Below, in pieces: positions 41,020 through 51,670 of a stretch of DNA of 64,000 bases. Origin of the DNA: an uncultured Chloroflexia bacterium (GTDB taxonomy: Bacteria > Chloroflexota > Limnocylindria > QHBO01). The translations under genes were made by a program, and so were the position numbers. The first letter of the stretch is position 1. Every line of letters begins with the position of its first letter. Under the pieces are notes generated by a model that was given only the letters and a program-made list of their open reading frames with translations, did not search any database and had not been told where the DNA came from. The stretch lies in contig CAWHAZ010000005.1 in assembly GCA_963827475.1 (NCBI GenBank), positions 512,001-576,000 on the forward strand, in the 5' to 3' direction.

Positions 41020-42004
41020 ATGCCGCCCCGTCCGTCCCGTCCGACTCGGCTCCGGCTCCTGACCCTCGGCCTGACCGTGGCCCTGGGTGGCTGCGCGCTG
41101 TTCTCGCCCAGTCCGACGCCGAGCCCCACCCCCGAGCCCACGCCGACTGCGGTGCCGACCCCGCGCCCGACGCCCGAACTTCTCGCCGACCCCCGGCCCG
41201 ACCGCTACCCCCGAAGCGCAGAACCCGGCGCTGCTCGGCCGGCGGATCACCGTCCTGTTCGCCGGCAGCGACTCGACCCCGGATCGGGTGGCGAACGGCT
41301 ACGGCCCGCTGACCGACTCCATGGTCGTGGCCTCGATCAGCGCCGACCGGACCCAGCTGGCGATGGTCGCCCTGCCGCGGGACGTGGTGGACCTTCCGCT
41401 CGGCAACGGCGCGACGTGGCGGCTGAAGGCCAACGCGATCCGCTTCTCCTACGGGATGGAGGGTCTGCAGCGGGCGCTGTCGACGACCTACGGCGTGCCG
41501 ATCGACTATTGGATCGAGCTGAACATGCCGGACTTCCCGGCGCTGGTGGATGCGCTCGGTGGGCTGTGGATCAACGTCCCGTACGCGATCAACGACGGCC
41601 AGATCGGCTTGAGCATCCAGCCGGGCTGGCAGCGCATCGACGGGGCCACGGCCCTCAGCTATGCCCGGACGCGCTACACCGACAGCGACTACGCCCGCGC
41701 CGGACGGCAGATGCAGCTTCTGGTGGCCCTCGCCCACCGAGTGAGTCTCCTCGACGAGCGCTTCGACCTGCCCGCCGTCCTGGCCCTGCTCACCACCCTG
41801 CGCACGAACGTGCCGCTGACCGATCTGCCGACCCTCCTCCAGATCGTCGGCCAGTCCGCCGGGGCCACGGTGACGGCGACCGTCCTCCAGCCGCCCAGGT
41901 TCTCGCTGTTCACCGGCATCGAACCGGGGACGGGTCGGGGGTACGTCCAGATCGCGAACGTGGCCCAGATGCGGGCCTACGTCCAGTCGCTGATGGCGAA
42001 CTGA
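41020..42004 (+). CDS. LytR-CpsA-Psr (LCP) family protein, lipoprotein-type N-terminus (frameshift near 41174)
   Basis: ALGGC then a Pro/Thr linker; GSD, LTDSMVV, LPRD, LVDALGG, YARTR, SDYARAGRQ. Confidence 0.85.
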
Positions 42005-42020
42005 GGGCTGAGCGAGCTCG

Positions 42021-42389
42021 CTACTGGCGCGTCCCGCAGTTGAAGCACACGGCATCCACCGCGCCGATCCGGGTCTGGCAGGTCTGGCAGTCCCGCGCGA
42101 GATCTGCCTCGCAGCGGACGCAGTAGGCGGCCCCCGGGGGGTGGACGAGCCCGTCCACGGGGCAGTAGGGCGCACCGGCGGGAAGGGACACCGATCCAGC
42201 CGCCTCGGGCGGGACCACCTCGCCGGCGACCGCCTCGGCCTCGATTCCGCGCTGTGACGCCCGCAGGTAGCCGATCAGCAGGTAGACCACGAACAGGCCG
42301 AGGGCGGCAACGAGGGCAAGCGGGACGAGGATCGTCAGTCGCTCTCCCCAGCCGGTGGCGAGCGACTCGATCAGCTCCTTGAGGTCCAT
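42021..42389 (-). CDS. Membrane-anchored double zinc ribbon protein
   Basis: One TM helix, then CPVD, CVRC, CQTC, CFNCG. Confidence 0.75.
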   Translation of the reverse strand: MDLKELIESLATGWGERLTILVPLALVAALGLFVVYLLIGYLRASQRGIEAEAVAGEVVPPEAAGSVSLPAGAPYCPVDGLVHPPGAAYCVRCEADLARDCQTCQTRIGAVDAVCFNCGTRQ

Positions 42390-42466
42390 CGGTCACCGAT
42401 TCTAGCGCGGCGCCCCCCGCCGGAGACCGCTGCTACACTCCGCCAAAGCCCGTAGCCGGTGGCAGT

Positions 42467-43543
42467 TTGGCCCGACCCCGGATCGACCCTCGCACGCCGC
42501 TCAGCGAGCTCCACGTGCACCTCGGAGCGGCAGTCACCCCGGCCATCATGTGGGGCATCGCCCACGCGCAGGGGATCCGGCTCCCGACCAAGGACTACTG
42601 GGCCTTCCGCGAGCTGATCACCCTCGGCCGCCGGCGACGCCGGACGTTCGACGGCTACCTCGACCTGTTCTACTGGACCGAGCTCATCCAGTCGAGCCCG
42701 ATCGCCGTCGAGCGCAGCGTGTACGAGGTCATCGGTGGGGCGTATCGGCGCAGCAACATCACCCGCCTGGAGCTGCGCTTCAACCCGATGAAGCGCAACC
42801 GGGGCGGGGAGCAGGACCTCGACCACATCATCGCCGCCGCCGTGCGGGGCATGGACCGCGCGATCCTGGAGTACCCGCAGGTCCAGGCCGGGCTCATCTT
42901 CTGCCTCGACCGCGCGTTCAGCCGCGAGCTGAACGAGATCCTCGCCGCGAAGGCGATCAGCTGGCATGCCCGCGGCGTGGTCGGGATCGACATCGCGGGG
43001 CCGGTGGTGCCCGGATTCCGGTTCGCGGACTACCGCGACGCGGTCGATGAGTGCCGCCGGGCGGGGCTCGGCATCACCGTCCATGCGGGGGAGACGGGAG
43101 GAGCGGACGAGGTCGAGGAGGCGGTCACCGCGCTTGATCCGGCGCGCATCGGTCATGGCATCCGCTCCGCGACCGATCCTCGGGTCATGGACATGCTCCG
43201 CGAGCGGGGCATCGTGCTCGAGATCTGCCCTTCGTCGAACCTCAGCACCGGGGTCGTTCGCGACCTGGCCGAGATGCGGGCCCACCTCGGTGCGCTGGTC
43301 GAGCACGAGGTGCCGTTCACCCTGTCGACCGATGGGCCGGAGATCCTCGGCCGCTACCTGCGCGACGAGTTCGCGCTGGTCCTCGGCCGCGACATGCTGA
43401 CCCTTGACCAGGTCGAGCACGCGATCGAGACCGGGCATCGGGCGAGCTTCGTCGAGCGAGTTCCGGCCGCCGAGCGTGTCCCGGCCGCTCGCCATCGAGG
43501 GCGCGATTCGTCGGCCCGGGTGGCCCTCGAAGTCGAGGTCTGA
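42467..43543 (+). CDS. Adenosine deaminase family protein
   Basis: ELHVHL, TVHAGE, RIGHG, EICPSSN, STDGP. Confidence 0.88.
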   Translation: MARPRIDPRTPLSELHVHLGAAVTPAIMWGIAHAQGIRLPTKDYWAFRELITLGRRRRRTFDGYLDLFYWTELIQSSPIAVERSVYEVIGGAYRRSNITRLELRFNPMKRNRGGEQDLDHIIAAAVRGMDRAILEYPQVQAGLIFCLDRAFSRELNEILAAKAISWHARGVVGIDIAGPVVPGFRFADYRDAVDECRRAGLGITVHAGETGGADEVEEAVTALDPARIGHGIRSATDPRVMDMLRERGIVLEICPSSNLSTGVVRDLAEMRAHLGALVEHEVPFTLSTDGPEILGRYLRDEFALVLGRDMLTLDQVEHAIETGHRASFVERVPAAERVPAARHRGRDSSARVALEVEV

Positions 43544-43561
43544 ACCTGTAGACTCGGCGCC

Positions 43562-44416
43562 GTGTCGTCGATCTGGCGGCCGGTCCGCGAGCGCAACCCC
43601 TCCCGCAGCCTGATGGTGATCGTCGCCCATCCGGGCGACGAGGCATTCGGGTTCGCCGGGGCGATCGCCAGCGCCGCGGCCGAGGGAGCCTACGTCGTCG
43701 TGGTGTGCGTCACCCGGGGCTACTTCGACCCCCGAATCTCCTCCAAGCCACCAGCTCCGGGCGGGCGCAACCGCGACCTGCTCGAGCCGCTCGGCTGGCG
43801 CAACCTCGACACCGTGCGCGAGGACGAGATGCGCCGCTCGGCGGCATTGCTCGGGGTGCGGGTCCTGCGCATGCTCGACTACGCTGAGGGCGACCTGCCC
43901 GCGGTCGACTACGACCACCTCGTCGGCCGCATCGTGGAGCCGATTCGCATGCACCAGCCGGAAGTGGTCCTGACCTTCGGCCCGGACGGTGTCACCGGCG
44001 ACGCGGACCACGTCACCCTGTCGCGGGCGGTGGGTGATGCCGTCAAGCTGGCCGCCGAGCCCCTCGCCTACGAGGACGACCTGGAGGAGGACCAGGTCGC
44101 CTGGCGGATCGCCAAGCTCTACCACCTCGTCGTGCCGAGCCAGGACCTGACCGTGCTCGGATCGATGTCGCCCGTCGCCGCGTACGGGACAGCCGTCGAC
44201 GCGCCGACCGTCGACCTCGCCCTCGGCGAGCTCGTCCAGCTCAAGCTGGCGGCGATCGAGCGCCACGTGTCGCAGACCGGCTCCGACGGTCCGTTCGCCG
44301 GCTGGGACCCGGACCGCCGCGACGCCTGGCTCGCCGACGAGCACTACCAGCTGGCCGTCTCCAACCTCGGCGAGGCCTCCGGCACGGAATCGACCCTGTT
44401 CGACGGCCTCGCCTGA
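43562..44416 (+). CDS. PIG-L/LmbE family protein with atypical motifs
   Basis: AHPGDE, TRG, REDEMRRSAALLG, GVTGDADH, HVSQ. Confidence 0.8.
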   Translation: MSSIWRPVRERNPSRSLMVIVAHPGDEAFGFAGAIASAAAEGAYVVVVCVTRGYFDPRISSKPPAPGGRNRDLLEPLGWRNLDTVREDEMRRSAALLGVRVLRMLDYAEGDLPAVDYDHLVGRIVEPIRMHQPEVVLTFGPDGVTGDADHVTLSRAVGDAVKLAAEPLAYEDDLEEDQVAWRIAKLYHLVVPSQDLTVLGSMSPVAAYGTAVDAPTVDLALGELVQLKLAAIERHVSQTGSDGPFAGWDPDRRDAWLADEHYQLAVSNLGEASGTESTLFDGLA

Positions 44417-44460
44417 GCGTGTGCCGGCGATCTTCCTGAACGTCTGATACGCTCGCCTCG

Positions 44461-45546
44461 GTGACTACCACGCTGACCGACGAGGCGATCATGGCTGCCC
44501 TGGCCCGGGTCAAGGACCCGGAGATCGGGCGAGACCTGGTTGCGCTGAACATGGTTCGCGGGATCGACATCGACGGGTCGCTGGTCACGATCACGGTCGA
44601 GCTCACCACCCCGGCCTGTCCCCTCAAGGCCACGATCGAGTCCGACATCGCGGACGAGCTCACCGGACTGGGGGCGGGCGCGGTGAAGATCGAGTGGGCC
44701 TCGAACGTGAAGCGGACCTTCGGTGGGCCGATGGCCGACCTCATCCCCGGCGTGCGGAACACGATCGCCGTCGCCTCCGGCAAGGGTGGCGTGGGCAAGA
44801 CCACGGTCGCCGTGAACCTGGCGGTCAGCCTGGCACGGGACGGGGCCACGGTCGGCCTGCTTGACGCGGACATCACCGGTCCCAATGTCCCGCTGATGAT
44901 GGGAACCCAGGAGGGCCACGTGACCGGCAATGCCGGGCGGGTCAACCCGGTCGTCGCCCATGGCGTGAAGATGATGAGCATCCAGTACTTCCTCACCGGT
45001 GACGCGCCGGTCATCTGGCGCGGCCCGCTCATCCATTCCGCCATCCAGCAGTTCCTGCGCGACGTGGAATGGGGCGACCTCGACTACCTCGTCATCGACC
45101 TCCCACCGGGGACCGGCGACGCCTCGCTGTCGCTGGCCCAGCTCATCCCGCTGTCGGGGGCGGTGATCGTCACCACCCCCCAGGAGGTCTCACTCCTCGA
45201 CGCGCGCAAGGCGATCGCGATGTTCTCCAAGGTCAACGTCCGGACCCTGGGCGTGGTCGAGAACATGAGCGGCTTCATCTGTCCCGACTGCGGCACCGAG
45301 CACGACCTTTTCGGCTCCGGTGGCGCAGCGTCCATCGCGCGCGAGCTCGGCCTCGAGGTCCTCGGTCGCATCCCCCTCGAGCCGGCCGTGCGGTCCGGTG
45401 GCGACGCGGGCGTCCCGATCACCTCGGCCCAGCATCCCGACTCGGACACGTCGGCCGCCGCGGCCGCACTCCGCGAGGTCTCCCGAGTCGTGGCTGGCCG
45501 GATCTCGGTCCTGGCCGCCCCCATGGCCGCCGCCGCGGCCAGCTGA
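44461..45546 (+). CDS. mrp: Mrp/NBP35 Fe-S carrier ATPase
   Basis: LTTPACP, SGKGGVGKTT, WRGP, DLPPGTGD, ENMS..CPDC. Confidence 0.95.
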   Translation: MTTTLTDEAIMAALARVKDPEIGRDLVALNMVRGIDIDGSLVTITVELTTPACPLKATIESDIADELTGLGAGAVKIEWASNVKRTFGGPMADLIPGVRNTIAVASGKGGVGKTTVAVNLAVSLARDGATVGLLDADITGPNVPLMMGTQEGHVTGNAGRVNPVVAHGVKMMSIQYFLTGDAPVIWRGPLIHSAIQQFLRDVEWGDLDYLVIDLPPGTGDASLSLAQLIPLSGAVIVTTPQEVSLLDARKAIAMFSKVNVRTLGVVENMSGFICPDCGTEHDLFGSGGAASIARELGLEVLGRIPLEPAVRSGGDAGVPITSAQHPDSDTSAAAAALREVSRVVAGRISVLAAPMAAAAAS

Positions 45547-45558
45547 CGGACCCGCGCC

Positions 45559-46624
45559 CTAGGCCGCCTTGCCCTCGCGCTGGTACGGCTGCCCGTCGGC
45601 GGCCGGCGGGATGCTCTTCCCGACGACGCCGGCCAGGACGATGATCGTGATCAGGTACGGCAGCGCGTTGTAGAACTCACCGCGGAATGGCGGTCAGGAG
45701 CTCGCCCAGCTCGCCCGGGGGTGGGGCGATCCGGATCGACCGCTCGAGGCCGACCGAAGCGGTGAACAGCAGCGCCCCGAGGAAGGCGCCCACCGGCGTA
45801 TAGCGGCCGAAGATCAGCGCTGCCAGTGCGATGAACCCGCGGCCGTTCGTCATCCCGCTCTGGAACGCATCCCCGAACTCGATGGTCAGGTAGGCGCCGG
45901 CCAGGCCGGCGAAGATGCCGCCGAGGATGACGTTCCGATACCGGAGCCGGATCACGTCGATGCCCACCGTCTCGGCGGCGCGGGGATGCTCGCCAACGGC
46001 CCGGGTCCGCAGCCCCCAGCGGGATCGGTACAGGAGGAATTGGAGCAGGACGACGCTGATGAGCATCGTCAGCGCAATCGGCCCGACCTCGATGAACGAC
46101 TCGAGGAGCAGCCCGATGACCGGCAGGTCGGTCAGTGCGTCGGGAAGGCTGATGCTCCCGAACTGCCCGCCAGACGGCGGGGCGGTCGCGCTGACGAGGA
46201 TGTTCAGGTAGCCGGTGACGCCGATGGCGAACAGGTTGATGATCGTGCCGCTGATGATCTGGTCGGCCCGGACGCTGATCGACAGCCAGGCGTGCAGCGC
46301 CGAGGTCAGGCACGCGGCGCCGATCCCGGCTGCCAGGCCGATGAGCAGGGCGGGAGTGATCCCCAGCGGCCCGGACCGGATCGGGATGACCTCGGCAGCC
46401 AGGGAAGCTGCCCACCAGGCAACGAAGGCCGCGATCAGCATCATGCCCTCGATGCCGATGTTCACCACGCCAGTCCGCTCGTTCATGAAGCCGCACATGG
46501 CGCCGAGGACGATCGGCACGGCCGAGGCCACGATGATCGGGGCGAGCAGCGGGAACTGGGTGAGGACGTAGACGACGAACTGGATGACGAGACCGATGAC
46601 CGGGATGTCGTACAGGGCTTCCAC
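45559..46624 (-). CDS. Nucleoside/sugar ABC transporter permease (frameshift near 45683)
   Basis: ERTGVVNIGIEG, GRGFIALAA; C-terminus ALPYLITIIVLAG..PAADGQPY in the shifted frame. Confidence 0.88.
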
Positions 46625-46626
46625 GG

Positions 46627-47751
46627 TCAGGTGCCTCCCGTGCCCGTGCCGCTGCCGCCATACGACCGGCTGACCGACGCGATCTCAACCAGCTCCCCGG
46701 CCTTCTCGCGCACGCGGAACACGCGGCGGACGACGATGTCGGCGGTGATGAACAGGAGGATCACGGCCTGGAGGAGGTCGACCATCTGGGGCGGCATGCC
46801 AGCCTGGATCTGCATGTTGCCTGCCCCGGCTTGCATGCCGCCGAACAGGAGGGCGGAGAACAGGATGCCGACCGGGTGCGCCCGGCCCAAGAGGGCCACC
46901 GCGATCGCCTCGAACCCGACTGGGGCCGTGTAGGAGGCGGCCAGGAACCCGATCTGGCCGAGGATCTGCGTGATCCCCGCAAGACCGGCGAACAGCCCGC
47001 ACAGGGACATCGTCAGGATGATCACGCCCCGCGGCCGCATGCCGGCGTAGCGGGCGGCATCGGGGTTCGCGCCGGTCGTCCGGATCTCGAAGCCGGTGGT
47101 GCTGCGGTAGAGGAGCCAGTAGGCGATCGGAACCGCCACGGCGGCGAACAGGATCCCGAGGTGCCCGTTCCGGCCGATGAAGATCGGCAGGGCGGCGGCC
47201 TCGATGTCATCGGTCCGGGCGAAGGTCACGCCGGTGCCGATGAGCGGCCCGGATACGGCCCACGAAATGATCGAGAAGGCCACGAAGTTCAGCATGATCG
47301 TCACCACCACCTCGTGGGCACCCGTGAACGCCTTCAGTGCGCCCGGGATGAAGCCGTAGATCGCTCCGCCGACCATGCCGCCGATGACGGCTGCGGGGAT
47401 GGCGACGACCGGCGACGCGTCGTTCAGGGCCAGGGCGACCGCCGTCCCGATCAGGGCTCCGATCACCATCTGGCCCGAGGCGCCGATGTTGAACAGGCCG
47501 CCCTTGAAGCCGATGCCGATGCCCAGGCCCGCGAGCAGCAGCGGGGTCGCGTTCACGAGGGTGTTGACGATGGCGTCGACAGACCCCAATGCGCCGCCGA
47601 TCATGGCCGCGTAGGCCTCGAGCGGCAGCGTCAGGCTGAAGGAACCGGTGACGAGCGGGCTGGTCAGGATCATCACCACGGCCCCCACCAGGAGGGCGAG
47701 GACGACGGAGAGGGCGGGGATGAGGGCCACGGACCGAAGCCGGGCGATCAT
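46627..47751 (-). CDS. Nucleoside/sugar ABC transporter permease
   Basis: GLFNIGASGQ, HEVVVTIMLN, GFEAIAVALLG. Confidence 0.9.
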   Translation of the reverse strand: MIARLRSVALIPALSVVLALLVGAVVMILTSPLVTGSFSLTLPLEAYAAMIGGALGSVDAIVNTLVNATPLLLAGLGIGIGFKGGLFNIGASGQMVIGALIGTAVALALNDASPVVAIPAAVIGGMVGGAIYGFIPGALKAFTGAHEVVVTIMLNFVAFSIISWAVSGPLIGTGVTFARTDDIEAAALPIFIGRNGHLGILFAAVAVPIAYWLLYRSTTGFEIRTTGANPDAARYAGMRPRGVIILTMSLCGLFAGLAGITQILGQIGFLAASYTAPVGFEAIAVALLGRAHPVGILFSALLFGGMQAGAGNMQIQAGMPPQMVDLLQAVILLFITADIVVRRVFRVREKAGELVEIASVSRSYGGSGTGTGGT

Positions 47752-49325
47752 GAGGCGATGTCCTCGACGACCTGCTCCTGGATGCCACTTTCCCGCCCCC
47801 CAGTGGCCATCAACAGCCCGACATCCTCCTTGTCCGCGGTCCGGCCGTCGAGGACCTCCACGATCCGCCCGCGGTACATGACCGCGATCCGATCGGAGAG
47901 CTCGAGGACCTCGTCGAGCTCGGCCGAGACGAGGAGGACCGCGACCCCCGTGTCGCGCCGCGCGATCGCCTGGCGGTGGATGAACTCGATGCTCCCCACG
48001 TCCAGGCCTCGCGTCGGCTGGTCGAGGACCAGCAGCTTCAGATCCCCCTCGAACTCGCGGGCGACGACCACCTTCTGCTGGTTGCCACCCGACAGGGTGT
48101 TCGCCGGGACCGAGGCCGAAGGCGTGCGCACGTCGTACTTCTCGATGGCCGCCTTGGCATCGGCCTTGATCGCATCCGGGTTCCAGGCCATCCCACGCGA
48201 GTAGGGCGGGTGGTAGTAGTCGTTCAGGACGAGGTTGTCCGCGATCGGGAAGCTCATGACCATCCCGAACCGATGGCGGTCGCCGGGTACGAACCCCACC
48301 CCCATCCGATGGAGCCGCCGCGGACCGGCCCCGGTCACGTTCTCCCCGGCGAGGGAGACGCTCCCGCTCTGCGGCGTGCGGAGCCCGGTTACGGCCCCGA
48401 CCAGCTCGTCCTGACCGTTCCCCGCCACGCCGGCAATGCCGAAGATCTCGCCGGCGCGGACCTCGAAGCTGACACCGTGGACGACTTCGTGACCCCGGTC
48501 GTCCCGAACCACGAGGTCATCGACCTCCAGGGCAACCGTCGTCGGATGGCTCTCGCCGCGGTCGACGGTCAGCTGCACCTCGCGGCCGACCATCATCTCG
48601 GCCAACTCGTCCTCGTTTGTCTCCGCCGGCCGCCGGCTGCCGACGACCCGACCGCGACGGATGACGGTGATTCGGTCCGCGATTTCGAGGACTTCGTACA
48701 GCTTGTGGCTGATGAAGATGATGGCGTAGCCCTCCGCCTTCAGTCGGCGGAGAACCTCGAAGATCTCGCGCGTTTCCTGCGGGGTGAGCACGGCCGTCGG
48801 CTCGTCGAGGACCAGGATCTTTGCTTTGCGATAGATGGCCTTGAGAATCTCGACCCGCTGCTGCCAGCCGACGGACAGCTGGCCCACCGGCCGATCGGGG
48901 TCGATCTCCCAGCCGAGCGATTTGCCGAGCTCCCGGATCGTCTCTGCGGCACGGCTCTTGTCGAGGAGGCCGCCGCGCCGCATCGGTTCGTCGCCGAGCA
49001 GGATGTTGTCCGCGACCGAGAGGACCGGGATGAGCATGAAGTGCTGGTGGACCATGCTGATCCCGCGTTCGATGGCGTCGTGCGGACTGGCGATCTCGAT
49101 CGGCTGGCCGTCCAACAGGATCTCGCCCTCGTTCGGCGTGGCGAGGCCGTACAGGACGTTCATGAGCGTGGACTTGCCGGCACCGTTTTCGCCAAGCAGG
49201 GCATGGATCTCGCCGGCCCGGAGGTCGAGGCTGATCCCTTCGCAGGCCACCACGCCCGGGAAGCGCTTCGTGATCCGCCGCATCTCGAGAAGCGGGGGAG
49301 CAGTAGCCGCAGTCTCCGCGTTCAT
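47748..49325 (-). CDS. Nucleoside/sugar ABC transporter ATP-binding protein (two ABC domains)
   Basis: GENGAGKST, DEPTAVLTPQE, LSGGNQQK, QPTRGLDVG. Confidence 0.93.
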   Translation of the reverse strand: MNAETAATAPPLLEMRRITKRFPGVVACEGISLDLRAGEIHALLGENGAGKSTLMNVLYGLATPNEGEILLDGQPIEIASPHDAIERGISMVHQHFMLIPVLSVADNILLGDEPMRRGGLLDKSRAAETIRELGKSLGWEIDPDRPVGQLSVGWQQRVEILKAIYRKAKILVLDEPTAVLTPQETREIFEVLRRLKAEGYAIIFISHKLYEVLEIADRITVIRRGRVVGSRRPAETNEDELAEMMVGREVQLTVDRGESHPTTVALEVDDLVVRDDRGHEVVHGVSFEVRAGEIFGIAGVAGNGQDELVGAVTGLRTPQSGSVSLAGENVTGAGPRRLHRMGVGFVPGDRHRFGMVMSFPIADNLVLNDYYHPPYSRGMAWNPDAIKADAKAAIEKYDVRTPSASVPANTLSGGNQQKVVVAREFEGDLKLLVLDQPTRGLDVGSIEFIHRQAIARRDTGVAVLLVSAELDEVLELSDRIAVMYRGRIVEVLDGRTADKEDVGLLMATGGRESGIQEQVVEDIAS

Positions 49326-49366
49326 CGTCCGAATTGTGGCTCCGTGCCTAGCTCCGGGGAGATATG

Positions 49367-49400
49367 ACGAGCGGGCCGATCCGGGGATCGGCCCGCTCGT
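49367..49400. terminator. Strong hairpin between BMP and ATPase genes
   Basis: ACGAGCGGGCCGATC-CGGG-GATCGGCCCGCTCGT, a perfect 15-bp stem. Confidence 0.65.
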
Positions 49401-49431
49401 GTGTGGGTCCAGTCAGGTCAGCTGACGGAGA

Positions 49432-50616
49432 TCAGGTTCCCGGGTCCCCGTCACCGCCACCGAAGTAGCAGTTCGAATCGGTTCCCGACTCCCAGCGTTC
49501 CGGCTGGCAGACGTCCAGGGAGCCGTCGACCATCGCGTCGAACGCGTTGTCGATCGTGCCCTGGATGTCGTCGGTGATGACCTCGCCGAACTGGTAGTAC
49601 GGGGCAAGGCCAACCATGCCCTCGGCAGCGTTCAGGAACACGTTCCAGCTGCGCTCTTCACCGGCGGCGAAGTCCTGGATGGCCTCGCTCACCGACGCGG
49701 AAAGCTTCTTCTCGGCGCTGGTCACGATGCACTCCGCCGAGTCCGGGGTGGACACCCACTGGTCGACGTCGACGCCGATCGCGTAGATGCCTGCCTCCTC
49801 GACGGCCTGGAGCATGCCGTTTCCGGTCTTGCCCGCGACCTGGAAGAGGACATCAACCGCCTCGTTCTGGGCCAGGAACTGCTCGGCGAAGGTCTTGCCT
49901 GACGCCGGGTCGTTGAAGGCCAGGGTGAGGTCGCTGTCGGTCACATACTCGAGGATGACGGTCGCGTCCTCGTTGGTCGCGAGCGCGCCGTTCTGGAATC
50001 CACGCATGTAGTTCACGACAGGCGGGATGTTGCTGTGCCCACCGAGCGCGGCGACGGTGCCGCTCGCGCTGATGCTCGCCGCCACGATGCCGGCCAGGTA
50101 ACCGGCCTGCGCCTCGTTGTAGATGAGGCTCTCGTAGTTCGGCAGCGCCTCTTCCGGCGCCATCGTCTGGAACTGGTCGACGCCGATGAAGTGGACGTCG
50201 GGGTTTTCCGTGGCGGCCTCGAGGGTCGCCGCGCCGATGGCGAATCCGACGGTCACGATGATGTCGGACCCAGCGTCTATCTGGGACTGGATGTTCGCCG
50301 CGTATTCCGAATCGTCCTGGGTCACGACGGCGGTCGGCTCCGCGGCGCCGATGGTGGCCGCGCCGTGAAGCGCGCCTTCCCAGCTGAACTGGTTGAAGTT
50401 CCGGTCGTCAAGGGAACCGACGTCGGTGACGACGCCAATGACGAGGTCGCTCTCGCCCGTCGCCTCCACTGAGGGCAGTGGCTCGGCCACGTTGTCGCCG
50501 ATCTCCCGGCAGAGTCCCTTCCCGACATCGATCGTGCCACCGCTGGTACACGCGGCGAGCACGAGCATCGTCGTGCCAATGAGCGCGAAGTAACCAAACC
50601 TTCGCTGAGTCCGCAT
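49432..50616 (-). CDS. BMP family ABC transporter substrate-binding lipoprotein (likely nucleoside)
   Basis: LAAC lipobox, DVGSLDDRNFNQ, AGYLAG, IGVDVDQ, SAEKK; GGAGGAG RBS. Confidence 0.9.
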   Translation of the reverse strand: MRTQRRFGYFALIGTTMLVLAACTSGGTIDVGKGLCREIGDNVAEPLPSVEATGESDLVIGVVTDVGSLDDRNFNQFSWEGALHGAATIGAAEPTAVVTQDDSEYAANIQSQIDAGSDIIVTVGFAIGAATLEAATENPDVHFIGVDQFQTMAPEEALPNYESLIYNEAQAGYLAGIVAASISASGTVAALGGHSNIPPVVNYMRGFQNGALATNEDATVILEYVTDSDLTLAFNDPASGKTFAEQFLAQNEAVDVLFQVAGKTGNGMLQAVEEAGIYAIGVDVDQWVSTPDSAECIVTSAEKKLSASVSEAIQDFAAGEERSWNVFLNAAEGMVGLAPYYQFGEVITDDIQGTIDNAFDAMVDGSLDVCQPERWESGTDSNCYFGGGDGDPGT

Positions 50617-50812
50617 GAATCTCCTCCACCCGTATGGGGGTCTTCCTCCGTTCCCGCTGGTCGCGGACAAAGCGCGGACGGGCGGGGCTCGGGCACGGTC
50701 AGCGGGGCAGCTGGTCCGGCCGAATGCCGCCGCATCATACAGGGGACCCGATTCGCGCCACAAGATTTCCGGCACGGTCGGCGCCGGGTCCGCCGCCCGT
50801 ATCATCGGTCCG

Positions 50813-51663
50813 GTGAGCGGCCCCCAGCCGGCGACTCCGCTGCGCCTCGTCATCCTCGACATGGACGGTGTGCTCTACCGCGGCGACCAGCCGATTCCCG
50901 GTGCGTCCGACCTGGCGCGGCGCCTCCACGGAGCGGGAGTGCAGGTGCGCTACGCGACGAACAACTCGATGTTCACGCGGGCCGCGTACGCGGAGCGGCT
51001 TCGGTCGATGGGCATCGCCGCGACGCCCGACGAGATCGTGACCTCGACCTCCGCCACCATCGAGCACCTGCGCCGCCACGAGCCCGCCGTGCGGTCCGTG
51101 CTGGCCGTCGGCGCCCCGGGCATGGTCGACGAGCTGCGGGCGGCCGGGCTTGACCGTCCGCCCCGCGGCCGAACCGAGCGCACGCGAGCGACCGGCCGGT
51201 GGATGCGGTGCTGGTCGGGCTCGACCCGGAGTTCGACGCCGCGCGGCTGGACGCGGCCGTCGCCGCCATCCGGGGCGGCGCCCGGTTCATCGCCACCAAC
51301 GCGGACGCGCGCTACCCGACGCCCACCGGATTCCGGCCAGGGGCGGGGGCGATGGTGGCCGCCATCACCGATGCGACCGGCGTTTCGCCGTTGGTCATCG
51401 GCAAGCCGGCGCCGGCGATGTTCACCGCCATCCTCGAGGCAGCCGGCGTGACCCCGGGGCAGGCCGTCGTCATCGGTGACAACCCGGACTCGGACATCGC
51501 CGGCGCCCATCGGTCAGGGATCGAGAGCATCCTGATCCTGACCGGGGTGACCGATGGGCAGGCGGTCGACGGACTGACCGGGGAGCGGCGACCCGACCAC
51601 GTCGCCGCGGACCCGGCCGCCGCCTGGGACCTGCTCGCCGATCGGCTGACGGCTGGAGGCTGA
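50813..51663 (+). CDS. HAD-IIA (NagD-like) phosphatase (frameshifts near 51150 and 51190)
   Basis: DMDGVLY and TNNS in the first frame; IATNAD, IGKP, IGDNPDSDI, LTGV in the later frame. Confidence 0.88.
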
Positions 51664-51670
51664 CCGCGAG

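Noticed and set aside
41105-41215. CCGACG/CCCACC tandem-like repeats
   Set aside because: They encode an ordinary Pro/Thr linker in the LCP protein, not a repeat element.
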